A stretch of 64,000 nucleotides of DNA from Candidatus Levybacteria bacterium CG2_30_37_29 (GCA_001873215.1 MNYS01000008.1:66657-130656); one strand, 5' to 3'. Counted from the first letter of the stretch, positions 21,885 to 31,842 are shown. Notes: generated by a model from the letters alone, not told the origin. Numbers and translations: made by a program.

Positions 21885-23588
21885 TTAAGCCAAATGGTTT
21901 CGCCTGACGCGTCTTATTTGGAGATTTATTTCCTCGCCTGATATTCCAAACCGTTCCAAAACTTCTCCGCCAATTCTAAGCCCTGCTTCAAGTTCGGGGA
22001 TAATAATTGAGTTAACACCCATATTAATTAAGTCGTACCGATCGTCTTCTATGTGCGAACGGCAGATAACTGAAAGCTTTGGATTTAATTTTATCGCAGA
22101 CTTAATAACTCTTTTTTGAGAAAAACTGTCAGGTACCGCGACAACCAATACTCTTGCATTTTTAATAAAACCAGACTTTAATACATCATCATCTGTCGGA
22201 TCTCCATAAATTGCAAACTTTTTTATTCCCGTCAATTCATCAATTATTTTTCTATTAAAATCTATTACTACGTATGGAATATGTGCTACATCAAGTAAAC
22301 TGCGAACTTGCTTCCCTACTCTTCCGTGCCCGCAAATAACTACATGGTCAACTAAATTCTCTTCGGCAAATCCCTTATAATATCCGCTTTCCTCGTTAAT
22401 AAATTTTTTTAACAGCCCTGTTTTTGAAAGTCTTTCCGTAATTTTTCGCAAATTTCCGGTAAAAAACGGAATATAAAGAAGTGAAAGTATAAATACCGAA
22501 AGAAGAAAATAATATTGATCAGGTTTTATAAAAGCACCAAGGAAAGCAATTTGACCAATAATTGGAGCAAATTCACCCGTATTTGAAATGTATGAAGAAA
22601 TGAATACCGAAGACGATGGCGAAAAGTGTGAAAACCTAAGAATTACGTATGTAATAAACATTTTTAATCCTACTACAATAAGGGAAACAATTAAAAGAAG
22701 AGGAATATGAGACAAAAAATAGTTGAAATTTAAAAGCATTCCTGTGGTTACAAAAAACATCACCAGCAAAACATCTCTAAACGGTCTAATTTCTGAAAGA
22801 GGAGCCATATTTTTCCCTTGCTCTGAAATAAGTACTCCTGCAAGAAAAGCGGCTATGCTTTGTGGAAGACCAGCTGTTTCAAGCGCGCCAATAGATACAG
22901 CTGCAATAAATATTGTTGCAAGGATTGTAAGCTCATGGCTTGGATATCGGAATACAAGACTTAGAACGCGTGAAAGAAAAAGCTTGCTAAATAAAAGTAT
23001 TAAAACGAAAATAATAAGCGGCTTAACAGAAAATGCCAAAAACTGCAAAAGTTGACCTGTGTCTACGGCATTGTGAGAAAAAAGTAGTGGAACAAAAAAA
23101 ATTGTAGGGATAACAAACATATCCTGAACAAGAAGTATTATAAGAATATTATTTCCAGGAAAATTTGAAAGCATTCCTTTTTCTTCAAGAAGCTTCATAA
23201 CAACCGCGGTTGATGAAAAAGAAAAGATAATAGAAAACAAAAGTGATACTTGTATATTCTCTCCTGTAGCCAAAAATAGCGGAATGAAAATAAGTGTTGT
23301 AAGTAATACCTGAGCTACACCAACCAAAAGTATCCGTTTGCTGGTTTTTTTAATTGAATCAAGCGAAATCTCAAATCCTAATGTAAAAAGAAGAAGCGAA
23401 ACACCAATTTGGGAAAAATCAACAAGAGACGCATATGAATGGAAAATATTTCTTCCAAGAGCGCCAAAAATAACACCGCTTACAATATATCCAAGTACTG
23501 GTGGAAATTTTAAGGAGCGTGCGATAAATCCACCAATAAAAGCTGCTGTTATAATAAGCAATAACTCACCCAAAAAACTACTAGGCAT
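21885..23588 (-). CDS. CPA2 cation:proton antiporter with TrkA-N domain (KefB/C-like)
   Basis: SFSSTAVV, LVQD, FFVTTGM, ICGHGRVG, YGD. Confidence 0.9.
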   Translation of the reverse strand: MPSSFLGELLLIITAAFIGGFIARSLKFPPVLGYIVSGVIFGALGRNIFHSYASLVDFSQIGVSLLLFTLGFEISLDSIKKTSKRILLVGVAQVLLTTLIFIPLFLATGENIQVSLLFSIIFSFSSTAVVMKLLEEKGMLSNFPGNNILIILLVQDMFVIPTIFFVPLLFSHNAVDTGQLLQFLAFSVKPLIIFVLILLFSKLFLSRVLSLVFRYPSHELTILATIFIAAVSIGALETAGLPQSIAAFLAGVLISEQGKNMAPLSEIRPFRDVLLVMFFVTTGMLLNFNYFLSHIPLLLIVSLIVVGLKMFITYVILRFSHFSPSSSVFISSYISNTGEFAPIIGQIAFLGAFIKPDQYYFLLSVFILSLLYIPFFTGNLRKITERLSKTGLLKKFINEESGYYKGFAEENLVDHVVICGHGRVGKQVRSLLDVAHIPYVVIDFNRKIIDELTGIKKFAIYGDPTDDDVLKSGFIKNARVLVVAVPDSFSQKRVIKSAIKLNPKLSVICRSHIEDDRYDLINMGVNSIIIPELEAGLRIGGEVLERFGISGEEINLQIRRVRRNHLA

Positions 23589-23597
23589 ATGATAAGT

Positions 23598-24329
23598 TTA
23601 GATAAGACTGTCAATAAAATCAACTAAATCCGCAGGAAGAGGCGATGTCAAATCTAATATCTTGCCTGTTCTTGGATGAATAAAATAAATTTTTGACGCA
23701 TGAAGAAAATGCCGCTTTAATATTTTTCTATCTTTTTTACTTGTTTTGCGTCCCGCATATAAAGCATCTGAAACAATAGGAAATCCAATATGTTGCATAT
23801 GCACTCTAATTTGGTGTGTTCTGCCCGTTTTTGGGTATAATTCGACCAATGAAAAAATTTCGTTTTGTCTATCTGTATTGCTTTTTTTTGTTTCTAAAAC
23901 AAGATAGTTTGTCTGCGATTCTCTTCCCTGTGCATAAATTCCAAATCTTGTTCTATTCCACGGAAGTCTTCCTATCGGAACATTTATTTCGCCTGTTTTT
24001 GGTATTACGTCACCGTGAACAAGAGCTATGTATGTTTTTTTTACTTCGTGTGATTTAAATTGTTTCTGTAGATTTTCAAAACTTTCTTGATTTTTTGCAA
24101 TAATTAAAATTCCAGATGTCTCTTTATCGAGCCTGTGGACAATACCGCTACGTTTCTCAAACTCACTATTCTCTTCTGTAAATATTTTGGGAAACTTATA
24201 TTGTTCTTGAATCCAATCTTGAATTGTCAAAAGATTTTTTGCGGTATCAGAGTTATTTACAATTACTCCTGCAGGTTTTTCAATTACAAGAATATCGTCA
24301 TCTTCAAAAAGAATATTCGGACTAATCAT
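23598..24329 (-). CDS. RluA-family pseudouridine synthase
   Basis: KPAG, HRLDKETSG, TGRTHQIRVH, FLHA. Confidence 0.93.
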   Translation of the reverse strand: MISPNILFEDDDILVIEKPAGVIVNNSDTAKNLLTIQDWIQEQYKFPKIFTEENSEFEKRSGIVHRLDKETSGILIIAKNQESFENLQKQFKSHEVKKTYIALVHGDVIPKTGEINVPIGRLPWNRTRFGIYAQGRESQTNYLVLETKKSNTDRQNEIFSLVELYPKTGRTHQIRVHMQHIGFPIVSDALYAGRKTSKKDRKILKRHFLHASKIYFIHPRTGKILDLTSPLPADLVDFIDSLI

Positions 24330-24984
24330 TTTTATTTAAATGCTTATTCTGATTCAAAAAATAAAACGCAATAGAAAAAATTGCGGTACAAATACTTATC
24401 CATTGCACAAGAGTAAACATAACAATAAACGGTTTTGTATGCAAATTAAAATTTATAAGAAAAGAAAAAATCGAAACAAACAAAATAAATAACGCAGAGA
24501 TACTTCCATCTTTTAAGCGATATGTGACATGAGACTTAAGCAAAAAAATAAATAAAATAACTGACAAAATAAAAAATATTGGTACTGTTATTTGCCCAAA
24601 TGAAATTTTTGAACCGAAAATGCTTGCTGTAAAAAGAGGAAAAAAAGAAAGTGAAAAAATATCAAATATGCGAGATATCGCTTTTGTTTTTCTAAAAAGA
24701 AAAAACACTGCAAAAAATCCTCCGATAAAAAAACCAAGAATTGAAAACCCCGGAAGGCGCAAGACATGAATAAAACGCAAGGGAGATATTAAAAAGAATT
24801 GAGAACTTTCTAAAATAAATAAAAGTCTACCTATAATAAATGCTACCAAAAGCGCAATAAACATGTAATCAAATATTAAAGATGCTGAAATGTTTTTACG
24901 AAGTAAGACAAAATCTCTTTTTGAAAGAATAAATAAAATAAAAAACGATAAAACGAGCAATATGAAAAAAGGTATAATCCACAT
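24322..24984 (-). CDS. Lgt-like membrane protein
   Basis: IIGRLLFI, PGFSILGFFIGG, FDIFS resemble prolipoprotein diacylglyceryl transferase; start moved to ATG 24984. Confidence 0.6.
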   Translation of the reverse strand: MWIIPFFILLVLSFFILFILSKRDFVLLRKNISASLIFDYMFIALLVAFIIGRLLFILESSQFFLISPLRFIHVLRLPGFSILGFFIGGFFAVFFLFRKTKAISRIFDIFSLSFFPLFTASIFGSKISFGQITVPIFFILSVILFIFLLKSHVTYRLKDGSISALFILFVSIFSFLINFNLHTKPFIVMFTLVQWISICTAIFSIAFYFLNQNKHLNKND

Positions 24985-25001
24985 ATAATTTGCAAGCCGG
25001 T

Positions 25002-26336
25002 CTATTGTCCTAACTTTAGCTTGAATAACAAAATTTTGCTTCTTATTATCCCAATTAAAATAATGACTATTCCCATACAAACAAGGACTGTTCCAACTCC
25101 GAAAATATCTGCCACTCCACCTGCGATAATAATTGGAAAAAGAGAGAATGCTCCAATTAGAGCAAAAAGTAATCCATAAATCTTGGAGCGAAAATTCTCA
25201 GGAACTTTTTCTTGAATAATTGCTTGGCTTGGCACAAAAATTAATGCGTTTGCAATTCCTGCGAAAAAAGCAATAAGAAGTACGAAATGATAAACGTTAA
25301 TTTTTAAAAATCCAGGCAAAAACGGATTTAGAAATTGTACAAAATCCCGAGAAATTATTCTTGAAGTAAGAGGAAATAACAATAATACAATTCCTGAGAT
25401 AAAAACGCCTATTGTCATAATCTTTTGTTTATCCGACTTTTGGAAAATACTTCCGAAAAAAAGTGCTGCGATAATCATACCTAGTGCCGCGGGAGCAAAT
25501 AAAAGTATTGACAAATCCTCTGCCGGAACTTGCAAAATAGTTTTTGCGTATCCAGGAACAAGCGTTGCAAGGATCAAAACGATGACTTGTGAAAATATAA
25601 GAAGAAAAAATGCACTTCCTACTCCACTCTTACTCCTTAAAAGCTTTGCGCTTTCGGAAAACTCATCTCTTATAGATTTTTTAACTTTAAGAACATTGGA
25701 AAAACCCAAAGCATCAACAATATCTCTCTTTTTTAATCGAGGAACATATGGGATAAGTAACGCAAAAAACGCAGCTAGTAAAAATACTCCCGATAAAAAA
25801 AGGAAAGCTCCCGCTCTTCCGAGACCATTAATAACCGGACCTGCTAAAACATACCCAATAAGAATTGACCCAAATAATCCAATTCCAAAAATTGAGTTGG
25901 CGGCGACTAAATATTTTTTTTTCGTCAAATGCGGTATTAATGGCGCTTCTGCAGGAACATAAAATTGTGTTATTACGGATACGACAAGAGTTACAAAATA
26001 AATTACAGGAAGAGAATAAGGTCTAACAAAAAGTATTAGGAGGGCTATACTTCTTGCAAAATTTCCAAACACTAAAATGTTTTTTTTATTTTTTGTATCG
26101 GCAACAACTCCACCAAAAAAACTCAAAAATATCTGTGGGGCAAGTATTGTTAAAACAAGCATGGATACGGCGAAATTTGACGAAGTAATGTAGAAAACCA
26201 AAAAAATGAGGACTATATTTAACATGTTAAAGGCTATCTGCGAAAAGATAACGGACAATGCAAAATATAGATATCCTGTGGACGTAAGTAACCTTACTAT
26301 ATTATTTCTGGAAATCTGTTTATAGATAGTCTTCAT
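25002..26336 (-). CDS. MFS transporter
   Basis: 12 TM pattern, GGVVADTKNKK, QFYVPAE, RSKIYG. Confidence 0.9.
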   Translation of the reverse strand: MKTIYKQISRNNIVRLLTSTGYLYFALSVIFSQIAFNMLNIVLIFLVFYITSSNFAVSMLVLTILAPQIFLSFFGGVVADTKNKKNILVFGNFARSIALLILFVRPYSLPVIYFVTLVVSVITQFYVPAEAPLIPHLTKKKYLVAANSIFGIGLFGSILIGYVLAGPVINGLGRAGAFLFLSGVFLLAAFFALLIPYVPRLKKRDIVDALGFSNVLKVKKSIRDEFSESAKLLRSKSGVGSAFFLLIFSQVIVLILATLVPGYAKTILQVPAEDLSILLFAPAALGMIIAALFFGSIFQKSDKQKIMTIGVFISGIVLLLFPLTSRIISRDFVQFLNPFLPGFLKINVYHFVLLIAFFAGIANALIFVPSQAIIQEKVPENFRSKIYGLLFALIGAFSLFPIIIAGGVADIFGVGTVLVCMGIVIILIGIIRSKILLFKLKLGQ

Positions 26337-26347
26337 GCATTTATCTG

Positions 26348-26902
26348 TTATGCTCTTTTTGTATATCCGCCGTCGCGAGTATCAACAATTATACTATCTC
26401 CTTCTTCTATAAATAATGGTACACGCGTTTTGATACCGTTTTCAAGAGTTGCATCTTTGTAAACATTGCTTGCAGAATTTCCTTTGGTTCCGGGGACCGT
26501 TTCTACTACCTTTATTGTCACTTTTGGGGGAAGAACCAGGTCTATTGGCTCATCTCCAAAAAACTGTAATATTACAGTACCTCCTTCAGAAAGGTATTCT
26601 TGACCCGGAAGATTTGATATAGGAACAGAAAGCTGCTCAAACGTTCTTGGATCCATAAAATATGCCGATACCGAATCTTTATAAAGAAATTGAAATTCCT
26701 TTTTTTCCAGATAAATATCTTTTACGAAAGCTCCGTTTGTATAGCCTTTCTCAGTCGTTGACCCGCTTCTTAAATTGCGAACTTTAACTTTAATATTCGC
26801 GCTTCCTCTCCCCATTTTAATATGCTCAAAAGACACGACTTTAAATATATTGCCGTCCTCTTCAAAAGACACACCGCTTCGTAAATTATTAACTGAAATC
26901 AT
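26348..26902 (-). CDS. efp: Elongation factor P
   Basis: HIKMGRGSA loop, PGTKGNSA, VPLFIEEGD..VDTRDGGY. Confidence 0.95.
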   Translation of the reverse strand: MISVNNLRSGVSFEEDGNIFKVVSFEHIKMGRGSANIKVKVRNLRSGSTTEKGYTNGAFVKDIYLEKKEFQFLYKDSVSAYFMDPRTFEQLSVPISNLPGQEYLSEGGTVILQFFGDEPIDLVLPPKVTIKVVETVPGTKGNSASNVYKDATLENGIKTRVPLFIEEGDSIIVDTRDGGYTKRA

Positions 26903-26913
26903 ATGGTATTATA

Positions 26914-27867
26914 TTATTTTCGCACGACCCGTATGAGTCCGGAACAGGGGACGACCTCCACTCCTTGTTTCTCAATAGCATCAAGAAAAATATTTGCACC
27001 GATTGAATCTGCTGCCATATGTCCTGTATCAATAACATTTATGTGTAATTTCTTAAGTTCTTGAACGGCATCTTCTGGAACATGCATTTCAATTAATGTA
27101 CCGACCCCAGCTTTTGCCATTTCAGTATAAAGTTCTTTTGAAGGATTTGTACCTCCAGTAAAACTTACAACAATTTTTCCGGCCCTCATTTTTTCAGAAC
27201 CCGCAACAATACTTGGTCCTGCTTTACCATATATTGCCTCTGTAAATTCAGGAATTTCATTTATGTAATCCAGAATTTCACCTACTGTTTCAAACGATTT
27301 TTTATCCAAATATTCTTTCATAAAATTGTTTCCGAGATTATCCCAAATCGTATGAATTACAAGAAAAGGAATTTCAAGAAGACGTGCCGCATCGACACCT
27401 TGGCTATGATTTAAGGGACTTATTCCGCGTTTTACTTTGGATTTTCTTTCTTCAAAAAGCGAATGCGCAACATTAACAGGTACTCCTGCTTGGGCATACA
27501 TATCAACCTGAACATCCATTACTTCATGAAGGCTTGCAAGAGCATGTCCACTCGGGTGGTGAGAAACAACCATATCAATTTCTTTTCCTTTTTGAGTAAG
27601 TCTATCTGCAAGAAGCAAATCTGCAACGTCAGCATCGATTCCCGCCATAAGTCGCTTCACTTCTTTTTTTGGATCACCGTATAAAATGCGTGAGTCTGTA
27701 TATGGATTTACAAAATTTTCTTTATCAAAAAATTTTTTTTTCTTCTCGGATAAATCTTTGTACTCTTCTTTTGCTTTTTCAAGAAGTTTTTTTACGGTTA
27801 CTGATCCGCGGGGGTCTGCACTCATTCCCATCTCTATTGCTAAATCATAAATTTCTTGAATTGTCAT
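26914..27867 (-). CDS. NIF3/NGG1p-interacting-factor-like protein
   Basis: ADPRG, NPYTDSRIL, SHHPSG, GHMAADSIG; start moved to ATG 27867. Confidence 0.8.
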   Translation of the reverse strand: MTIQEIYDLAIEMGMSADPRGSVTVKKLLEKAKEEYKDLSEKKKKFFDKENFVNPYTDSRILYGDPKKEVKRLMAGIDADVADLLLADRLTQKGKEIDMVVSHHPSGHALASLHEVMDVQVDMYAQAGVPVNVAHSLFEERKSKVKRGISPLNHSQGVDAARLLEIPFLVIHTIWDNLGNNFMKEYLDKKSFETVGEILDYINEIPEFTEAIYGKAGPSIVAGSEKMRAGKIVVSFTGGTNPSKELYTEMAKAGVGTLIEMHVPEDAVQELKKLHINVIDTGHMAADSIGANIFLDAIEKQGVEVVPCSGLIRVVRK

Positions 27868-27937
27868 AGACTCACAGTATATAATAGAAGGCATACTTTT
27901 TCAAGGCAGAATACGCAATTTTGAAGTTTTAAAAAAA

Positions 27938-28023
27938 GGGCAAGTGGCGGAATGGTATACGCGTTAGTCTCAAAAACTAATAGTCGCAAGGCTATGAGGG
28001 TCCGACTCCCTCCTTGCCCACCA
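27938..28023 (+). tRNA. tRNA-Leu(CAA)
   Basis: GGGCAAG/CTTGCCC acceptor, TTAGT-CTCAAAA-ACTAA anticodon arm, long variable arm, encoded CCA. Confidence 0.93.
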
Positions 28024-28057
28024 GTATCTCATTAATTGTATATACTAAATAAACAAT

Positions 28058-29398
28058 ATGAGAAATTTAATATTACCCGATAAATTTAAGCGAGTCTCTG
28101 TTTTGTCTCTTATCGTTGCAAATACAATTCCGCTTGGTGGGGTTTTATTTTTTGACTGGAATCTTTTTCAAATTATTTTTCTTTACTGGCTTGAAAGTGG
28201 AGTTATTGGGTTCTACAACATATTCAAAATCATAAAAATAAGTGGTTATTTGAGCATACTGTTTGTTCCGGCTTTTATTTTTCATTATGGTGTGTTTATG
28301 TTGGTACATTTGGTATTTATTTTTAGCATATTCACACCTGTTCTAACCTATTCTTCGTTTTTTCCATCATTCAAACTTATCGAACCATATCTTAACAACA
28401 TTTCAATTTCAATTATTGGACTTCTTATAAGCCACGGGGCATCCTTTTTCTCTAATTTCATTGGAAATCAAGAATCTAAAAGGACAAATATTGTAAAACA
28501 AATGGGGGCACCTTATAGCAGAATTATAGTAATGCATCTTACGCTTATTTTTAGCGGTTGGTTAATTCTGATATTTAAGGAACCAATCTTGGGACTTGTA
28601 CTTCTCGTTTTATTAAAAATTGTTATAGACATAACTTTCCATCTAAGAGAACATGCTGCCGAAAAACCAATTGAAGCACCACAAAGTCATTCTTCGCTGT
28701 TTCCTGTAGGTGCTGGATTTTTGCTAGTTTTTTTTATTATCATAGGAATTTACTCAAGAAATATTCAAAACGTTAAGACAAATCTATCGGCACCCACCAT
28801 TATTCCTACAGTTTCTCAAACAAATAAATTGATAAATTTTGCTGATACAAATATGGGAATTTCATTTCAGTACACTTCTAATTGGAAACCTAAATTTAAT
28901 AATATAATTCAAAAATCAGATCTCTGTGATCTACATTCGATTATTCCATCGTCGTATCCAACTCCTGGAGTTAATTTTGCTGAGTGTCAAGCATCTAAAG
29001 CAACTCCTGTTACTTCAATAACTTATTCTAATTATCTGGAACTTTATTTGGAATCTACGGACAATGGCACTAAATCCGCAACTCAAAATATTCGCCTTAG
29101 TTATTACGAAAATCCAGAGAATTTATCCATACAACAGTTTAATTCAAAATATCTAAGCGAAGGAATCGGTGGTGATTCAATAAGTATATGGTCGCCAGAT
29201 TATGAGAAAGTCAGAAATTCCGGTGGAATTGATGGATATTATGATAAAAATCATTACTGCGTCGCAAGATGCCGAATATATGTTTGGGCCGGGCAAAATA
29301 AAATTTTTATTCTTAGATATTCTTTTGTAGATTTATCTACTCAAGAACAAATAGAAGTTTTTCAAAAAATATTTTCTACTTTTAAATTCATAAAGTAA
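28058..29398 (+). CDS. Membrane protein (DUF6498-like N-half) fused to a soluble, probably extracytoplasmic domain
   Basis: ANTIPLGGVLFFDW..LYWLES..FHYG..PYSRIIVMH, then a TM helix and a C-domain ending FQKIFSTFKF. Confidence 0.75.
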   Translation: MRNLILPDKFKRVSVLSLIVANTIPLGGVLFFDWNLFQIIFLYWLESGVIGFYNIFKIIKISGYLSILFVPAFIFHYGVFMLVHLVFIFSIFTPVLTYSSFFPSFKLIEPYLNNISISIIGLLISHGASFFSNFIGNQESKRTNIVKQMGAPYSRIIVMHLTLIFSGWLILIFKEPILGLVLLVLLKIVIDITFHLREHAAEKPIEAPQSHSSLFPVGAGFLLVFFIIIGIYSRNIQNVKTNLSAPTIIPTVSQTNKLINFADTNMGISFQYTSNWKPKFNNIIQKSDLCDLHSIIPSSYPTPGVNFAECQASKATPVTSITYSNYLELYLESTDNGTKSATQNIRLSYYENPENLSIQQFNSKYLSEGIGGDSISIWSPDYEKVRNSGGIDGYYDKNHYCVARCRIYVWAGQNKIFILRYSFVDLSTQEQIEVFQKIFSTFKFIK

Positions 29399-29400
29399 CT

Positions 29401-30840
29401 TTATCTAGCAGAATTTGAGAAGATAAAACCGATAACATCCTCTGCGGAATAATTTCCGTTGCCACTATTTTCTATAAGTTTTTTTACCGGTCCCAAATCT
29501 TTACCGAATGTATAAATTGGCGGCTCTCCTGTCTGTCCGTGTCCCGCTGCTACCGCAAGTCCATTGCAAAGACACACTCTATTTACCGCATCTTCAGGTT
29601 TTCCGCCTTTCCTAACGTATGCTTTTTCCGGCTCTGCCGGACAAAGAAAAACATGTTTACCATTCTCGTCAAGCCGGGGCTCAACCAGATATCCCATACT
29701 GCAAACACGTGTTCGTTCTTTATATACTGTGTCTTCCGTTAATGTAGCTTTCAATTGCACAAGCTGAATAGGATATCCTGTCGGGGAAGCTATTGCGCTT
29801 GTCACCACATCCAATTCGTCTTTTTTAATTCTAGCCCGCAGTAAATCCCGTGCGCACGTTGTTAATCCAGATTCATTAGAAAGCGCAAAAACAGATCCTA
29901 CCTGGATACCGGTTGCGCCACTTCTTTTGGCCTCGTTAAGTTTTCCAGCAAATGATCCTGCAAGCCAATATGGTTTTCCCAATTCCATTATCTTACTAAG
30001 ATCAGGTTTATCCCTGTCCCCATAAATCGGCTGGCCTTTATCGTCAACTTCCTTACCTCTTGCGGGAGCATTGTGTCCTCCCGCAGTAGGACCCTCAACA
30101 ACAAAACCGTCAACATCCACAGTGCTGTTAAGTCTCATTGCAAGCGCATGATGCGAAACTATTGCGTAAAAACTCGGCTTCTTAAGCTTTGTTCCCTCTG
30201 GAACAAACTTTTTTGGATCAAGAGTCAATTCAAGTTTTTCTCTTGAACCAATAACATCAAGCTTGTATGAAGCTTCTCTGTTATTTGCAAAATTTTCCAA
30301 TACTTGCGGAATTTGATGAGGAATCCCAGCGCCCACCAATACCGTATCAACTCCAGCCATCATTGCTCCAAGAAGAGTCGAAAGATGCATCAACTGAACT
30401 TTCTCCAAAACATTTATACCGATTGGGCCGTTATGCCCTTCTTTTGCAAGCCAAACTTCTACAAATGCCGCAGCAACAGCAATTTTACTCATCTTATCTT
30501 TTATAGCTTGGTTGCCTGTTGCTAACACTTCTGGCTTAGGTGACAGCTTATATCTTTGTCCGGGCAATTGTTTATCTCCGGGTAAATATTCGTCAAGAAT
30601 TTCTTTTGCTATTAGAGGGTCAAATGCATTAAGAGCGCGGATTGTATTAGTATCATTTTTCTGGAGTCTGTTAATCATCATTATTGGAAGTCCGGTTCCT
30701 GAAACAACACCTAAAACTTTCTTATCTAGCTTTTCACCCGCGATTGCAACAGAACGCGCCAATTCCCAACTAGACACACCAACGCCCATTCCGCCTTGAA
30801 TCAATTCGGGGACAAATTTTTGCTGTGGAGCTTCAATCAT
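29401..30840 (-). CDS. Nitronate monooxygenase family flavoprotein
   Basis: LIQGGMGVGVS, GAGIP, EGPTAGGHNAP, GIQVGS, CLCNGL; start moved to ATG 30840. Confidence 0.88.
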   Translation of the reverse strand: MIEAPQQKFVPELIQGGMGVGVSSWELARSVAIAGEKLDKKVLGVVSGTGLPIMMINRLQKNDTNTIRALNAFDPLIAKEILDEYLPGDKQLPGQRYKLSPKPEVLATGNQAIKDKMSKIAVAAAFVEVWLAKEGHNGPIGINVLEKVQLMHLSTLLGAMMAGVDTVLVGAGIPHQIPQVLENFANNREASYKLDVIGSREKLELTLDPKKFVPEGTKLKKPSFYAIVSHHALAMRLNSTVDVDGFVVEGPTAGGHNAPARGKEVDDKGQPIYGDRDKPDLSKIMELGKPYWLAGSFAGKLNEAKRSGATGIQVGSVFALSNESGLTTCARDLLRARIKKDELDVVTSAIASPTGYPIQLVQLKATLTEDTVYKERTRVCSMGYLVEPRLDENGKHVFLCPAEPEKAYVRKGGKPEDAVNRVCLCNGLAVAAGHGQTGEPPIYTFGKDLGPVKKLIENSGNGNYSAEDVIGFIFSNSAR

Positions 30841-30869
30841 GAGAAAACTATAATACAGTTTTTTAACTT

Positions 30870-30944
30870 TTAAAGCAAGCGGGGGTAACAAAGCATTAGG
30901 GTTTTTTCATTTTTTCTTATATAACAAAGGGTTGTTAGTTTCAT
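30870..30944 (-). pseudogene. 5' stub of a NUDIX (MutT-like) hydrolase gene
   Basis: MKLTTLCYIRKNEKTLML resembles 8-oxo-dGTPase N-termini; stops after 24 aa; TATAAT 6 nt upstream. Confidence 0.65.
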
Positions 30945-31000
30945 GAAGATATTATACACCGTCTTGTTTTTAAACTCATTTCAAACTAAAATATATTTTT

Positions 31001-31564
31001 ATGAAACAAATCGTAATCGGTCTTGTCGGTCCTATTGCCAGCGGCAAAGGAACAGTTATAAAAATTCTTAAAAAAAAAGGTTTTTTGTCCTCCTCCACTT
31101 CGGACAGAATCCGTGAAGAAATATTGAAACGCGGGCAAGTTGTAACACGCGCAACACTCACTCAAGTTTCAAATGAACTAAGAGAAAAATACGGAGATGG
31201 CATTCTTGCTATCAGAACAGCCCAAATTATTGATGCGTCACCTTCAGAGAAATTCGTCATTGATTCGATAAGAAATCCTGAAGAAATTAATTATTTGAAA
31301 AAAAAATACGGCATGAATGTAATCGCTGTTGTTGCCGGTCAGAAAAAGCGTTATGAACTTTTCTCTCAAAGAATTGTAAACTCAGAACCCATGACTTTTG
31401 AAGAATTCAAACAATTGGATGATAAAGAATTGGAAGGAACGCTTGGAAAACATACACAGAGAGTATCAGACTGCATCAAAATGGCAGATGTCGTGATTCA
31501 AAACGACGGAACACTGGAAGAACTGGAGAAAAAAGTAAACAAACTATTACTATCCTTATTATAA
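31001..31564 (+). CDS. P-loop nucleotide kinase (dephospho-CoA kinase-like/UPF0200)
   Basis: GLVGPIASGKGT, VIDSIRNPEE, ADVVIQNDG. Confidence 0.85.
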   Translation: MKQIVIGLVGPIASGKGTVIKILKKKGFLSSSTSDRIREEILKRGQVVTRATLTQVSNELREKYGDGILAIRTAQIIDASPSEKFVIDSIRNPEEINYLKKKYGMNVIAVVAGQKKRYELFSQRIVNSEPMTFEEFKQLDDKELEGTLGKHTQRVSDCIKMADVVIQNDGTLEELEKKVNKLLLSLL

Positions 31565-31565
31565 T

Positions 31566-31604
31566 GTGCTTGCACTGAGTCCGCCAATCTTGGCGGGCGA
31601 AGTG
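31566..31604. repeat. REP-like element copy 2, with nested CCGCCAA-TC-TTGGCGG hairpin
   Basis: GTGCTTGCACTGAG..CGAAGTG. Confidence 0.7.
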
Positions 31605-31676
31605 GACCTGCGGGGAATTGAACCCCGACTTCCGCAATCCTCCTTCGCTAAAGCTTCGGACGGACGCTGTGCGAAT
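31603..31676 (-). pseudogene. 3' half of a second tRNA-Ala(CGC), with a palindromic insert in the anticodon loop
   Basis: Minus strand: TTCGCA-[CAGCGTCCGTCCGAAGCTTTAGCGAAGGAGGA]-TTGCGGAAGTCGGGGTTCAATTCCCCGCAGGTCCA. Confidence 0.7.
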
Positions 31677-31680
31677 TCTG

Positions 31681-31751
31681 TGGACCTAGCCAGAATCGAA
31701 CTGGCGTCTTAGCAATGCGAATGCTATGTTCTACCACTGAACCATAGGCCC
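31681..31751 (-). tRNA. tRNA-Ala(CGC)
   Basis: GGGCCTA/TAGGTCC acceptor with G3:U70, TAGCA-TTCGCAT-TGCTA arm, GTTCGATTC T loop; CCA not encoded. Confidence 0.92.
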
Positions 31752-31784
31752 ATTCTGTGCCTTGGTTCGGGGGCAAGGTTTCCT

Positions 31785-31804
31785 TACCACTGAACCATAG
31801 GCCC
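31785..31804 (-). repeat. Exact copy of the first 20 nt of tRNA-Ala
   Basis: GGGCCTATGGTTCAGTGGTA also at 31732-31751. Confidence 0.9.
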
Positions 31805-31842
31805 TTGAGAGTTTCTTTAATTATACCAAAAGGAGGACGAAA

